Shown here: in pieces, positions 40,464 through 50,740 of the stretch
Layout of the letters: each line of letters starts with the position of its first letter
How positions within the stretch are numbered: position 1 is the first letter of the stretch
Source of the DNA: Rhodospirillales bacterium
GTDB taxonomy: Bacteria > Pseudomonadota > Alphaproteobacteria > CACIAM-22H2
Reading direction: 5' to 3'
DNA length: 51,804 bases
Assembly: GCA_016794005.1 (NCBI GenBank)
Contig: JAEUKY010000213.1
Coordinates: forward strand, 1 to 51,804
Translations under genes and position numbers: made by a program
The notes under the pieces: generated by a model
What the model was told of the DNA's origin: nothing
The model's input: only the letters and a program-made list of their open reading frames with translations
The model's database searches: none

Positions 40464-40540
40464 GTCGTTTTTTCCTCGGAACCGTCGGCGCCGGACGCGC
40501 GCGTGCGGTACAATAGACATTCCTTAACGAAAGAAAAGTC

Positions 40541-40564
40541 CGCACCGCTGTCGTTCGCGGTGCG
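40541..40564 (-). promoter_or_regulatory. Terminator-like hairpin in the pepA/lptF divergent spacer (possible pepA leader element)
   Basis: 8-bp stem CGCACCGC-8 nt-GCGGTGCG. On the minus strand it is followed by GACTTTTCTTTCG. It lies about 80-100 nt upstream of the pepA ATG. Confidence 0.3.
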
Positions 40565-40635
40565 TTCTCGATATTGCATTGCAAAATCAAACGGCTGCGC
40601 CCCGGTACCCGCTCGCGTATAATCCAGAACCCGCC

Positions 40636-41763
40636 ATGAACCGAATCACCGTCTACATCCTGCGCCAAGTGCTGCTCACGACCGTTTTCGTGCTCGTGAC
40701 GCTGACGCTGGCCATCTGGCTGACCCAATCGCTGCGATTCATCGAGTTGATCGTCAACCGCGGGCTCGGTCTCGGCGCGTTCTTCTATCTGACGATCCTG
40801 CTGATGCCGAACTTCCTGTTTCTCGTCACGCCGATCGCTTTGTTCATGTCGACGCTGTTCGTCTACAACCGGCTGACGGTCGACAGCGAACTCGTCGTCA
40901 TGCGTGCGGTCGGCTTCGGTCCGGGCCAGCTCGCCCGACCGGCCATCCTGCTCGGCGTTCTCGCGACGCTGCTCGGATACGGCCTGTCGCTCTACCTCGT
41001 TCCGCTGGCATTCGGGAAATTCAAGGAGCTTCATTCGGACATCCGTTCGGACTATTCCGGCCTTCTCCTGCAGGAAGGCGCTTTCACGAATATCGGCAGC
41101 AGTCTGACGGTCTACGTGCGTGCGCGCGAGGCGAACGGCGACCTGCGCGGCATCCTCGTCCACGATTCCCGCGATCCCGCGAGCCCCGTCACGCTGCTGG
41201 CCGAACGCGGAACGCTCGCGACGTCCGAGGACGGGCCCCGCGTCATCCTTCTGAACGGCAATCGCCAGCAGGTCGACAGGGCTGCCGGCAAGCTTTCGCT
41301 TCTCTATTTCGACCGTTACTCGGTGGAGATCGGCCAGACCGCTACGTCGCGCGAGTTCCGATGGCGCGAACCCGGCGAACGCTATATCCATGAATTGCTT
41401 TGGCCCGACATGGCCGACTCCCACGATCGCCAGTATGCGCCGCGCCTGATCGCCGAAGGCCACGCGCGGCTCTCCGCCCCGCTCTATGCGCTCGGCCTTG
41501 TCCTCGTCGGTCTCGCGTGCATGCTGACCGGCGATTTCAATCGGCGGGGACTGAGCCAGCGGCTGCTCGTCGCCGCCGCATGCGGGCTCGGCGTCCAGAC
41601 GCTTTCGATCGCGGTCCCGAATCTCTCGGCGCGCACGCCTGCGGCGATCCCGTTCCTCTATGCGATCCCGCTGGCGATCATGGCGCTTTCGGCGTGGGTC
41701 CTTTCCACCCCCGCCCTTCGCCGGCGCCGAACGGCCGACCGACCGCAACCGGCGGCAGCCTGA
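40636..41763 (+). CDS. lptF: LPS export ABC permease LptF
   Basis: MNRITVYILRQVLLTTVFVLVTL.., YjgP/YjgQ-type topology. Divergent from pepA, as in E. coli. Confidence 0.9.
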   Translation: MNRITVYILRQVLLTTVFVLVTLTLAIWLTQSLRFIELIVNRGLGLGAFFYLTILLMPNFLFLVTPIALFMSTLFVYNRLTVDSELVVMRAVGFGPGQLARPAILLGVLATLLGYGLSLYLVPLAFGKFKELHSDIRSDYSGLLLQEGAFTNIGSSLTVYVRAREANGDLRGILVHDSRDPASPVTLLAERGTLATSEDGPRVILLNGNRQQVDRAAGKLSLLYFDRYSVEIGQTATSREFRWREPGERYIHELLWPDMADSHDRQYAPRLIAEGHARLSAPLYALGLVLVGLACMLTGDFNRRGLSQRLLVAAACGLGVQTLSIAVPNLSARTPAAIPFLYAIPLAIMALSAWVLSTPALRRRRTADRPQPAAA

Positions 41764-41770
41764 GGCGGCG

Positions 41771-42865
41771 ATGCGCCTGTCCCCGACCCTCCTGGGTTAC
41801 ATCGGCCGGCAGTTCGCGTTCGCGCTCGTCGGATTCCTCGGGATGTTCCTCGCGATCGTCTACATGTTCGACTCGATCGAGCTTCTCCGCCGCGCGTCGG
41901 GGCGCCCGAACGTTTCGACCGAGATCGTCCTGCGGATGGCGCTGTTCAAGCTTCCCCAGATGGCCGAGGAGCTTGCCCCGTTCGTCGTGCTGTTCGCGTC
42001 GATGATCACCTTCTGGCGACTCACCCGCACGCACGAACTGACCGTGACGCGCGCCGCAGGCGTTTCGGTCTGGCAGTTCCTGCTGCCCGTGGTCGGGTTC
42101 GCCGTCCTTTTCGGCATCTTCAAGGTTGCCGTCGTCAATCCGGCCGCCGCGGCGCTTTACGGGCATTTCGAGCGCCTCGAAGCCCAACTGCTGCGCGGCG
42201 GCTCGAGCCTGCTCGCGATGTCGAACAGCGGTTTCTGGCTGCGCCAGATCGACCCGAACGGAAACTCCGTCGTCTACGCGCGTCGCGTCGCGTCGCAGGA
42301 AATGCAGCTTTTCGACGTCATCATTCTCAACTTCGAGGGCCAGGACAAATTCATCGGCCGCGTCGATGCGGCGAGCGCGCGGCTCGAGACCGGGCACTGG
42401 GTCGTCACCGACGCATGGCTGACAGCACCGGAAAAGCCGGCCCGCTTCGAGTCCAGTTACCGCATCCCGACGGCGATGACGGCCGAACAAATCCAGGACT
42501 CGTTCGCATCGCCCCTGACGATCTCGTTCTGGGAACTTCCGGGTTTCATCCGCATGCTCGAGGCCGCCGGCTTCTCGGCCACGCGCCACAGGCTCCACTG
42601 GCACCAGCTGATCGCCGCGCCCGTCCTGCTGGCTGCGATGGTCCTGATCGCCGCGACGTTCTCGCTGCGCCCGCACAGGCGCGGCGGCACGGGACTGCTG
42701 ATCGTGTCGGGCGTCGCGGTCGGCTTCGTGCTCTTTTTCGCGTCGAGCCTCGTCGGCGCCCTCGGCCAGAGCGCCACGATCCCGGTGGCGCTTGCGGCAT
42801 GGACGCCGGCGGTCGTCTCGACCATGCTGGGTATCGCGATGCTGCTGCATCTGGAAGACGGATGA
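41771..42865 (+). CDS. lptG: LPS export ABC permease LptG
   Basis: MRLSPTLLGYIGRQFAFALVGFLGMF.. The ATG lies 7 nt after the lptF stop. Confidence 0.9.
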   Translation: MRLSPTLLGYIGRQFAFALVGFLGMFLAIVYMFDSIELLRRASGRPNVSTEIVLRMALFKLPQMAEELAPFVVLFASMITFWRLTRTHELTVTRAAGVSVWQFLLPVVGFAVLFGIFKVAVVNPAAAALYGHFERLEAQLLRGGSSLLAMSNSGFWLRQIDPNGNSVVYARRVASQEMQLFDVIILNFEGQDKFIGRVDAASARLETGHWVVTDAWLTAPEKPARFESSYRIPTAMTAEQIQDSFASPLTISFWELPGFIRMLEAAGFSATRHRLHWHQLIAAPVLLAAMVLIAATFSLRPHRRGGTGLLIVSGVAVGFVLFFASSLVGALGQSATIPVALAAWTPAVVSTMLGIAMLLHLEDG

Positions 42866-42917
42866 ATTCCACGCCGATTTGCGCCGCTGCGCCATTCGCC
42901 CTATAAACCGGTCCGCC

Positions 42918-44192
42918 ATGCCCCTCGCACAGTTTGCCCGTCGATTCGCCTTTTTCCTTGCCGCCGCCACCGCCGCCGCGCACACGCCGGCCGGCGCGCA
43001 GGAACAGCGGATCGTCGCCGTGGTCAACGACGACATCGTGTCGAACTTCGACATCGACAGCCGCATCTCCCTCACGCTCGTCTCGACAGGCGCGCCGGAT
43101 ACGCCGGAATCGCGCCAGCGGATGCGGCCGCAGGTGCTTCGCACCCTGATCGACGAGCGTATCCAGCTCCAGGAGGCAAAGCGCCTCGGCCTGACCGTGC
43201 CGCGCTCGGATATCGAAGCGGCGGTCAAGCGCATCGAGCAGGCGAACAAGCTTCCGGCCGGGGCTCTCGACCAGATTTTCCGCCGTGCCGGCGTGCCGCG
43301 CAGCGCGATCGACCGGCAGATCGAGGCCGGCATCTCCTGGCAGCGTCTGGTTTCGGGCCGCTTGCGTTCGCAGGTCGAAGTCAGCCGCGACGAAGTCGAC
43401 GAGGCGCTCGCGCGCTACACGCAGGGCGAGCCGGTCACCGAGTACCTGCTGTCGGAGATCTTCATCGCCATCGACAATCCCGACCAGGAGGACGAAGTAC
43501 GGCGGATGGTCGACGATCTCGTCCGCCAGCTGCTGGCCGGGGCACTGCCGTTCGTCGTCGCGGCCCAGCAGTTCTCGCAGGCCGCCTCCGCCGCCGAAGA
43601 CGGCGACATCGGCTGGGTGCAGCGCGGCCAGTTCGATCCGGAGACCGAAGAGATCCTGGCGGCGACCGAACCCGGCCGGATGACCCAGCCGATCCGCACG
43701 CCTGCCGGCTTCTACCTTTACGGCATGCGCGACAAGCGCGTGCTCGCACCGGCCTCGCCGGACGATGCGCGCGTCGACATCGCCCAGATGGTTTTCCCCG
43801 TTCCGCCATCTGCGACGCCGGCGGACCGGGAGTCCGTCCAGGCGCTGGTCGAGACGGTGCGCGAAACCGTCCAGGGCTGCGCCGATCTCGAACGCGTGGC
43901 CGGTGAACTGCGCATGCCCGCCCCGGTGCGGGTGCCGGAAGTCCGCATTGGCGATCTTGCCGCCTCTCAGCGCGATCGCATCCGCCCCCTCAAGGTCGGC
44001 GAGACGACCGAGCCGTCCGTCTCCGAAGCGGGCATCGGCATCGCCATGGTCTGCGTGCGGACCGAACCGCAATCCAACCTTCCGACCGCATCCGACATCG
44101 AGGACAACCTGATCCGCCAGCGCCTCGACAACGCGGCGCGGCGCTACCTGCGCGACCTGCGGCGCGTCGCCGTGGTCGACATCCGCGCGTGA
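42918..44192 (+). CDS. surA: Periplasmic chaperone / peptidyl-prolyl isomerase SurA
   Basis: Signal peptide, [17 protein letters not shown].. N-domain and a parvulin-like block ([19 protein letters not shown]). Confidence 0.9.
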   Translation: MPLAQFARRFAFFLAAATAAAHTPAGAQEQRIVAVVNDDIVSNFDIDSRISLTLVSTGAPDTPESRQRMRPQVLRTLIDERIQLQEAKRLGLTVPRSDIEAAVKRIEQANKLPAGALDQIFRRAGVPRSAIDRQIEAGISWQRLVSGRLRSQVEVSRDEVDEALARYTQGEPVTEYLLSEIFIAIDNPDQEDEVRRMVDDLVRQLLAGALPFVVAAQQFSQAASAAEDGDIGWVQRGQFDPETEEILAATEPGRMTQPIRTPAGFYLYGMRDKRVLAPASPDDARVDIAQMVFPVPPSATPADRESVQALVETVRETVQGCADLERVAGELRMPAPVRVPEVRIGDLAASQRDRIRPLKVGETTEPSVSEAGIGIAMVCVRTEPQSNLPTASDIEDNLIRQRLDNAARRYLRDLRRVAVVDIRA

Positions 44193-45037
44193 GCGGTCCG
44201 GCCGACGGCCTTCCGCCGCTCGCCGAGATCGTCCGCAAGCACGGCCTCGCCGCGCGCAAGTCGCTGGGCCAGCATTTCCTGTTCGACCTGAACCTGACCC
44301 GCCGCATCGCGCGCGCGGCCGGCGATCTTTCGACAGGCACGACGATCGAAATCGGCCCCGGCCCCGGCGGGCTGACGCGTGGCCTGCTGGCGGAGGGTGC
44401 CGCCCGCGTGATCGCGGTCGAGCGCGACGCACGCGCCCTCCCCGCCCTTGCCGAGATCGCGGCCCGATATCCCGGCCGCCTCGAGGCGATCGAGGCCGAC
44501 GCGCTGGAAACCGACGTCGCGTCGCTGGGCAACGCGCCGCGGCGCGTGGTCGCGAACCTTCCCTACAATGTCGGTACGCCGATGCTCCTGGGCTGGCTCG
44601 CGCGTCCCGACGCGTTCGAATGCCTCGTCGTCATGCTGCAAAAGGAGGTCGTCGAGCGGCTGGTCGCCGCACCCGACGACGACGCCTATGGCCGGCTGGC
44701 GGTCGCCGCACAATGGCGCTGGACCGCGCGCCGCCTGTTCGACATCGCCCCCGGCGCCTTCTCGCCCCCGCCGGCGGTCGTTTCCGCAGTCGTCGAATTG
44801 CGCCCGCGCACCGAACCGCTGGCACCTGCCGATGCCGCGACGCTGGAACGCGTAACCGCTGCGGCATTCGGGAAGCGGCGCAAGATGCTCCGCCAGTCGC
44901 TGAAGTCGCTCGGCCACGACGCGACCGCGCTCTGCGCCGATGCCGGCATCGACCCGACACGGCGGGCCGAAACGCTGTCGATCCCCGAATTCTGTGCGCT
45001 CGCGCGGGCCGTCAGCGCCCGTCGCGCAGGCGCCTGA
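44189..45037 (+). CDS. rsmA: 16S rRNA (adenine1518/1519-N6)-dimethyltransferase
   Basis: [33 protein letters not shown]. The GTG overlaps the surA stop (GTGA). Confidence 0.95.
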   Translation: MSGPADGLPPLAEIVRKHGLAARKSLGQHFLFDLNLTRRIARAAGDLSTGTTIEIGPGPGGLTRGLLAEGAARVIAVERDARALPALAEIAARYPGRLEAIEADALETDVASLGNAPRRVVANLPYNVGTPMLLGWLARPDAFECLVVMLQKEVVERLVAAPDDDAYGRLAVAAQWRWTARRLFDIAPGAFSPPPAVVSAVVELRPRTEPLAPADAATLERVTAAAFGKRRKMLRQSLKSLGHDATALCADAGIDPTRRAETLSIPEFCALARAVSARRAGA

Positions 45038-45656
45038 CGAAATCGCCGAGCCCGATCTGCCGCTCGCGCCGCGTGCGCTCGGCCGTCAGGATCGCCTGCA
45101 CTTTGGCGACCGACGCGTCGAGGTCGCGGTTCACGACGATGTAGTCGTACTCAGGCCAGTGGCTCATCTCGTTGGCCGCCTGCCCCATGCGCTGGGCGAC
45201 GACGTGGGCCGGATCCTGCGCACGCGCGTTGAGCCTGCGTTCGAGTTCGATGGTCGAAGGCGGCAGGATGAAGACCGAGACGAGATCGGCTTCCGCCTGC
45301 TCGCGAAGCTGCTGCGTGCCCTGCCAGTCGATGTCGAACAGCACGTCGAGGCCCTGTGCGAGCTTCGCCTCGACGTACTTCCGCGGCGTTCCGTAGTAGT
45401 TCCCGAACACCTTGGCGTGTTCGAGGAATTCGCCCCGATTGATCATCAGGCCGAACTCGGTCGCATCGACGAAGTGGTAGTCCTGCCCGTTCGTCTCGCC
45501 CGGTCGCTTGGAACGGGTCGTCGCCGAGACGGACATGCTGAGCGACGGTTCGCGGCGCAGCAGTTCGCGGCTGATGGATGTTTTGCCCGCACCCGAAGGC
45601 GAGGACAGTACCAGCATCACGCCGCGTCGGTTGATGTCCGGATCCACGTCCGTCAC
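45012..45656 (-). CDS. gmk: Guanylate kinase
   Basis: [25 protein letters not shown]. The GTG overlaps the yicC stop (GTGA). Its 3' end overlaps the rsmA 3' end by 26 nt. Confidence 0.95.
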   Translation of the reverse strand: MTDVDPDINRRGVMLVLSSPSGAGKTSISRELLRREPSLSMSVSATTRSKRPGETNGQDYHFVDATEFGLMINRGEFLEHAKVFGNYYGTPRKYVEAKLAQGLDVLFDIDWQGTQQLREQAEADLVSVFILPPSTIELERRLNARAQDPAHVVAQRMGQAANEMSHWPEYDYIVVNRDLDASVAKVQAILTAERTRRERQIGLGDFVRRLRDGR

Positions 45657-46543
45657 TCCACGTTTGCGGCCTGCTCGCGCAGCCGGTCGATGGCGGTCTT
45701 CAGCGCCAGCCCGATCCGCGTCAGCGCGGTGTCCGACGATTTCGAGCAGAGCGTGTTGGCCTCCCGGTTGAACTCCTGACTGAGGAAGTCGAGCTTGCGG
45801 CCGACCGCCCCGCCTTTGGCGAACAGTTCGCGCGCCTGCCCGATATGCGCCCGCAGCCGGTCGAGTTCCTCGCGCACGTCCGCCTTCACCGCAAGCAACG
45901 CGGCTTCGTGGGCGAGCCGGTCCGGAGCGATGGCATGCTGCGCCCCCAGCAGCTCCGCGATCTGGGATTCGAGCCGCGCCTTGAGCGCCGCGGGCTGGGT
46001 CGCGGCGTTGGCGGCCGCCTCGGCCGTCAGCGCGGCGATCTCGGCAAGCGTGGCGTCGAGGATCGCCAGCAGGGCGCGGCCTTCGTCGCGGCGCGCGGTT
46101 GCCAGCCCGTCGAGCGCCTTGTCGAGCGACGACAGGATCGCCGCATCGATCTTCGCCTGCTCGTCGTCCGCCAGCGGCGTTTCGGCGACGGTCTCGATCA
46201 CGCCGCGTACGCCGAGCAGCCCGTCGAGGCGCGGTGCGGCGGCATCGAGCCGTCCGGAAAGCTCGCCGATCAGCGCGATGACCTGGTCGAGTGCGGCCCG
46301 GTTGATCTGCAGGCGCGGCGCCGACGCCGGCGTTTCGAGCGTCAGGTTCAGCGATACGTTGCCGCGGTCGAAACGCCTTGCCGTCCGCGCACGGATCTCG
46401 TTCTCCAGCCGGTCGAAACCCGGCGGCGTGCGCAGGCGCACGTCGAGGCCGCGCCCGTTGACGGAGCGGACTTCCCATGTCGCCGTCCGTCCGAGCGCTT
46501 CGGCGCTGGCGCGCGCGAAGCCTGTCATGCTGGCAATGGTCAA
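45653..46543 (-). CDS. yicC: YicC-family protein
   Basis: SMTGFARA..ATWEVRSVNGRGLDVRLR.. and C-terminal GRKLDFLSQEFNREANTLCSKS. TTG at 46543, with an alternative ATG at 46528. Confidence 0.9.
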   Translation of the reverse strand: MTIASMTGFARASAEALGRTATWEVRSVNGRGLDVRLRTPPGFDRLENEIRARTARRFDRGNVSLNLTLETPASAPRLQINRAALDQVIALIGELSGRLDAAAPRLDGLLGVRGVIETVAETPLADDEQAKIDAAILSSLDKALDGLATARRDEGRALLAILDATLAEIAALTAEAAANAATQPAALKARLESQIAELLGAQHAIAPDRLAHEAALLAVKADVREELDRLRAHIGQARELFAKGGAVGRKLDFLSQEFNREANTLCSKSSDTALTRIGLALKTAIDRLREQAANVE

Positions 46544-46621
46544 GGCGCGTCTCCGGAAAAAGGCGAATCGCGGCAAGGGACTGGAAAGAGTTATACAGAC
46601 CCCGGCAAAGGGAACAACGGC

Positions 46622-47380
46622 ATGTGGAACTGGCACGGCATTTTGATCACCGGCGGGTCGTCCGGCCTCGGCGAAGCGATGGCGCGCGCACTTGCGCGTC
46701 CCGGCGTATTTATCGCGCTCACCGGTCGCGACGCCATCCGACTTGCGGGCGTGGCGGAAGCCTGCCGGCTTCAGGGCGCCGAGATCGTGCATGAAACCGT
46801 CGACGTCGCCGACCGCGACCGGATGGCCGATTTCATCGCCCGCATGGATGCGCGCCGGCCGCTCGACCTTGTCGTCGCGAATGCCGGGATATCCGCGGGC
46901 ACGCAAGGCGGTGCCGAGGGCGCCGACCAGACGCGCGCGATCTTCGCGGCCAATGTCGACGGCGTGGTCAATACGGTGATGCCCGCGCTCGCCGCGATGG
47001 CGTCGCGCAAGACGGGACAGGTCGCGATCATCTCGTCGCTCGCAAGCTTCCGGGGTTTGCCGGGTGCCCCCGCCTATTGCGCCAGCAAAGCCGCCGTACG
47101 CGTGTGGGGCGAAGCGCTGCGCCCCGACTGGGCGGGACGCGGCATCAAGGTCAACGTGATATGCCCCGGCTATGTAACCACGCGCATGACGGCGAAGAAC
47201 GATTTCCCGATGCCGTTCCTTATGCCTGCCGAGAAGGCCGCACGGATCATGTTGGCCGGATTGCGGCGCGACAAGGCGCGCATCGCGTTTCCCTGGCGGC
47301 TCTACGCCGTCGTGCGCCTGATCGCGGCTATCCCGCCGGGCCTGCTCGATCCGATCCTGCGCCGCCTGCCGCGCAAGTGA
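46622..47380 (+). CDS. SDR-family oxidoreductase
   Basis: ILITGGSSGLGEAMA, NAGIS, YCASKAAV. Confidence 0.85.
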   Translation: MWNWHGILITGGSSGLGEAMARALARPGVFIALTGRDAIRLAGVAEACRLQGAEIVHETVDVADRDRMADFIARMDARRPLDLVVANAGISAGTQGGAEGADQTRAIFAANVDGVVNTVMPALAAMASRKTGQVAIISSLASFRGLPGAPAYCASKAAVRVWGEALRPDWAGRGIKVNVICPGYVTTRMTAKNDFPMPFLMPAEKAARIMLAGLRRDKARIAFPWRLYAVVRLIAAIPPGLLDPILRRLPRK

Positions 47381-47407
47381 CGGACATCCCACGGTCCCTG
47401 CCTGCCG

Positions 47408-48070
47408 TCAGGCCGCCCGGACCGCACGCATGAAGGCACCGAGCCGGTCTTCGTCGAGAACGCCGTCCCTGCGCACGCCCGTGCACAGGTCGAGGCCGTA
47501 GGGGGCGACTTCGCCGATCGCGCGGGCGGCGTTGTCGGGTTTCAGCCCGCCCGCAAGGAACACCGGGATACCGACGGCTCGCACGATCGCGGCACTCGTC
47601 GCCCAGTCGTGCAGGCGCCCGGTTCCGCCGAGCTCCTTGACCGCGAGGTTCGGATTGCCGCTGTCGAGCAGGAGCGCGTCGACATGCGCCGCGACGTTCC
47701 GCGCCTCATCCATGCTCTGCGGGCCCGTCACGTGGATCACCTGCACCAGCTTCAGGCCGGGGCACGCGTCGCGCACGGCCGGATAGACCGACACGTCTTC
47801 GACGGCATCGACGATCTGGAGTGCGGTCGGCTGGCATGTCCGCGCGTGTCCGATCAGCCCGGCCGCCCCGGTCTCGCTCGACAGCAGGAACGTCGCGACC
47901 GGCGGCGGCACCGCCCGCGCGATCCGCGCCACGTCCGCAAGATCGATCACGCCCGGCCCGCTCGGCATCGGTCCGACGAGGCCGAGCGCATCGGCACCGT
48001 GCCGGATGGCAAGCCGCGCTTCGTCCATCGACGAGATGCAGCAGATCTTGACGCGCGTGCGCATCCTCAC
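47408..48070 (-). CDS. trpF: Phosphoribosylanthranilate isomerase-like protein (TrpF family), stand-alone
   Basis: RVKICCISSMDEARLAIRHGADALGLV.. and LAGGLKPDN, a TIM-barrel TrpF pattern. The GTG overlaps the mltG stop (GTGA). An alternative ATG is at 48064. Confidence 0.8.
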   Translation of the reverse strand: MRMRTRVKICCISSMDEARLAIRHGADALGLVGPMPSGPGVIDLADVARIARAVPPPVATFLLSSETGAAGLIGHARTCQPTALQIVDAVEDVSVYPAVRDACPGLKLVQVIHVTGPQSMDEARNVAAHVDALLLDSGNPNLAVKELGGTGRLHDWATSAAIVRAVGIPVFLAGGLKPDNAARAIGEVAPYGLDLCTGVRRDGVLDEDRLGAFMRAVRAA

Positions 48071-49056
48071 TCCTTCGGTGCTCCCCGCACGCGCTCGATC
48101 TCGCGCAGGCGGGCGACATTGCGGTTGTGCTCGGCGAGCGTGCGCGCGAAGGCGTGCCGCCCGTCTCCGTCGGCGACGAAATAGAGATCGTCCGTCCTTG
48201 CGGGATTTAGGACGGCCTCGATGGACGCGCGCCCGGGATTGGCGATCGGCGTGGGCGGCAGGCCTTCATGCGCGTAGGTGTTCCAGCGATGGCGATTGTC
48301 GAGATCGGCGCGGCTCAATGGCCGGCCGAGCGGCCCGGACGGATCGATGCCGTATGCGACGGTCGGATCGGCCTGCAGGCGCATGCGCTGGCGCAACCGG
48401 TTGACGAACACGCCGGCCACGCGCGCCCGCTCGTCGGCATGCGAGGTTTCCCGCTCGACGATCGAGGCGAGGACGAGCGCTTCGTGCGGCGTCGCGAACG
48501 GCAGATCGGGTGCGCGCTTCGGCCAGAGCTCTGCCAGCGTCTCGCGCATCGCGCGCTGCGCTCGCTCGAGCGTGCGCGCCCGCGCGTCGCCCCAGCTGTA
48601 GAAATACGTTTCCGGCAGCAGACTGCCTTCCGCCGGCGGTTCGATCTCGCCCTCCATGCCTTCGGCTGCACGCAGCAGCGTCGCGATCTGCGCCGACGTC
48701 AGCCCCTCGGCGATCGTCACGCGGCGCTGGACCGTGCGCCCGCTCGCCAGAAGCTCGGCGGCACCGCGCGCCGAAATACCGGCCGGAAACAGATACTCTC
48801 CGGCCTTGAGGCGTGCGGACAGGCCGTCGATCCGGGCTCCGAGCGCGAAGGCCAGCGGGCTTTCGATCACGCCCTTCGACGCGAGAAGCGCCGCCGTCTC
48901 GTCGCCGCCGCTGGCGCGCGGTATCAAGAGCTGGACGGGCAACGCGGAAGGTCCGGGATCGGCATAGAGCGTCCACAGACGCCACGCGCCAAGGCATACG
49001 CCGAGCAGGACGGCCGCAAACGCGAATGCCAGGAAACGGGCCGGCCGCGACGGCAC
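48067..49056 (-). CDS. mltG: Endolytic murein transglycosylase MltG (YceG)
   Basis: N-terminal TM, VTIAEGLTSAQIA, ASIVERET, NTYAHEGLPPTPIANPG. Confidence 0.9.
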   Translation of the reverse strand: MPSRPARFLAFAFAAVLLGVCLGAWRLWTLYADPGPSALPVQLLIPRASGGDETAALLASKGVIESPLAFALGARIDGLSARLKAGEYLFPAGISARGAAELLASGRTVQRRVTIAEGLTSAQIATLLRAAEGMEGEIEPPAEGSLLPETYFYSWGDARARTLERAQRAMRETLAELWPKRAPDLPFATPHEALVLASIVERETSHADERARVAGVFVNRLRQRMRLQADPTVAYGIDPSGPLGRPLSRADLDNRHRWNTYAHEGLPPTPIANPGRASIEAVLNPARTDDLYFVADGDGRHAFARTLAEHNRNVARLREIERVRGAPKE

Positions 49057-49062
49057 GGCCGG

Positions 49063-50325
49063 TCAGTCGAGAGCGGAGAAGATCACCGCCGCGTTCGTGC
49101 CGCCGAAGCCGAAGGAATTGGACAGCGCGTTCTTGATCTTGCGCTGCTTGGCATGGACCGGCACGAGGTCGATGTCGCACCCGTCGGACGGGTTCTCGAG
49201 GTTGCGCGTCGGCGGAGCCACCTGGTCGCGGATCGACAGGACCGAGAAGATCGCTTCGACGCCGCCCGCCGCCCCGAGAAGATGCCCGATGGCCGACTTG
49301 GTCGACGACATCGACAGCTTGTAGGCGTGGTCGCCGAACAGGCGCTTGACGGCACCAAGCTCGATCTCGTCGCCCAGCGGCGTGGAGGTGCCGTGCGCAT
49401 TGATGTAGTCGATGTCGCCGACATTGCGCTTGGCGTTGCGCAAGGCTCCCTTCATCGCGCGGAACCCGCCGCTGCCGTCCTCGGAGGGTGCGGTGATGTG
49501 ATGCGCGTCGCCCGACAGGCCGTAACCGGTCAGTTCCGCGTAGATCCTGGCGCCGCGCTGCTTCGCGTGCTCGTACTCCTCGAGCACGACGACGCCGGCC
49601 CCCTCGCCCATCACGAAACCGTCGCGGCCCTTGTCCCAGGGGCGCGATGCGCGCGTGGGTTCGTCGTTGTAGCCCGTCGAAAGGGCGCGCGCGGCTGCGA
49701 AGCCCGCGATGCCGAGACGGCAGATCGCCGCTTCCGCACCGCCCGCCACCATCACGTCGGCATCGCCGAGCATGATCAGACGGCCGGCATCGCCGATCGC
49801 GTGCGCACCCGTCGCGCAGGCCGTCACGGCCGAATGGTTCGGGCCGCGGAAGCCGTACTTGATCGAAAGATGGCCCGACGCGAGATTGATGAGCGCCGCC
49901 GGAATGAAGAACGGCGAGATGCGCCGCGGTCCGCGTTCCTTGAGCGTGATCGAGCCTTCGTAGATCGTCTGCAGGCCGCCGATGCCCGAGCCGATCATCA
50001 CGCCGGTACGGTCCTGGCCTTCCTCGTCGGTGGGCTTCCAGCCGGAATCCTCGACCGCCTGCTGCGCCGCGGCCAGAGCGAAGATGATGAACTCGTCCAT
50101 CTTCTTCTGGTCCTTGGGCGGGACCCAGTCGTCGGGATTGAAGCTGCCCGACGCCGTATCGCCGCGCGGCACGCTTGCGGCCACCTTGCACGGCAGGTCG
50201 GAGACGTCGAACGACTGGATGGCGCCCAGGCCGGACTCGCCGGCGATGAGACGCTTCCAGGTCGTTTCGACCCCGCAGCCGAGCGGAGTGACCAGACCAA
50301 GGCCCGTTACGACGACGCGGCGCAT
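49063..50325 (-). CDS. fabF: 3-oxoacyl-ACP synthase II
   Basis: MRRVVVTGLG..ACATGAHAIGDA..NAHGTSTPLGD..NSFGFGGTNA. Confidence 0.97.
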   Translation of the reverse strand: MRRVVVTGLGLVTPLGCGVETTWKRLIAGESGLGAIQSFDVSDLPCKVAASVPRGDTASGSFNPDDWVPPKDQKKMDEFIIFALAAAQQAVEDSGWKPTDEEGQDRTGVMIGSGIGGLQTIYEGSITLKERGPRRISPFFIPAALINLASGHLSIKYGFRGPNHSAVTACATGAHAIGDAGRLIMLGDADVMVAGGAEAAICRLGIAGFAAARALSTGYNDEPTRASRPWDKGRDGFVMGEGAGVVVLEEYEHAKQRGARIYAELTGYGLSGDAHHITAPSEDGSGGFRAMKGALRNAKRNVGDIDYINAHGTSTPLGDEIELGAVKRLFGDHAYKLSMSSTKSAIGHLLGAAGGVEAIFSVLSIRDQVAPPTRNLENPSDGCDIDLVPVHAKQRKIKNALSNSFGFGGTNAAVIFSALD

Positions 50326-50350
50326 CAGATTGTCTCCGACCGGACCGGAC

Positions 50351-50587
50351 TCAGGCCTTGGCCTTGCCGATGAACTCGATCGCGTCCTTCACGGTCGAGA
50401 TCTTCTCGGCGGCATCGTCCGGGATCTCGATGCCGAATTCCTCTTCGAACGCCATGACCAGCTCGACCGTGTCGAGGCTGTCCGCGCCCAGATCGTCGAC
50501 GAAGCTGGCATTCTCGGTGACCTTGGCATCCTCGACGCCAAGATGTTCGACGACGATCTTCTTAACGCGTTCGGCGATGTCGCTCAT
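50351..50587 (-). CDS. acpP: Acyl carrier protein
   Basis: [37 protein letters not shown]. Confidence 0.97.
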   Translation of the reverse strand: MSDIAERVKKIVVEHLGVEDAKVTENASFVDDLGADSLDTVELVMAFEEEFGIEIPDDAAEKISTVKDAIEFIGKAKA

Positions 50588-50740
50588 TTTGTTCCTCTCG
50601 TTCGGCTCGGCAACGGCCCTGACGGACTCGCGGTCCGCAGGGACGACACCCTCTAGGCTCCGTCTTCCCGGTCTTCCGGTCAAGGCGGAGTCGATTGCAT
50701 AAGGCGCGGTTTGGTAACACGGAATTCGGTCGGTTGACTA

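Noticed and set aside
38965-41748. Upstream 928 codons of the 1081-codon minus-strand ORF ending at holC
   Set aside because: This part overlaps pepA in another frame and is antisense to lptF. Only the final 153 codons, from the GTG at 38964, look like the chi subunit.
42546-44432. 628-aa minus-strand ORF
   Set aside because: It is antisense to surA and rsmA, with Arg/Gly-rich artefactual composition.
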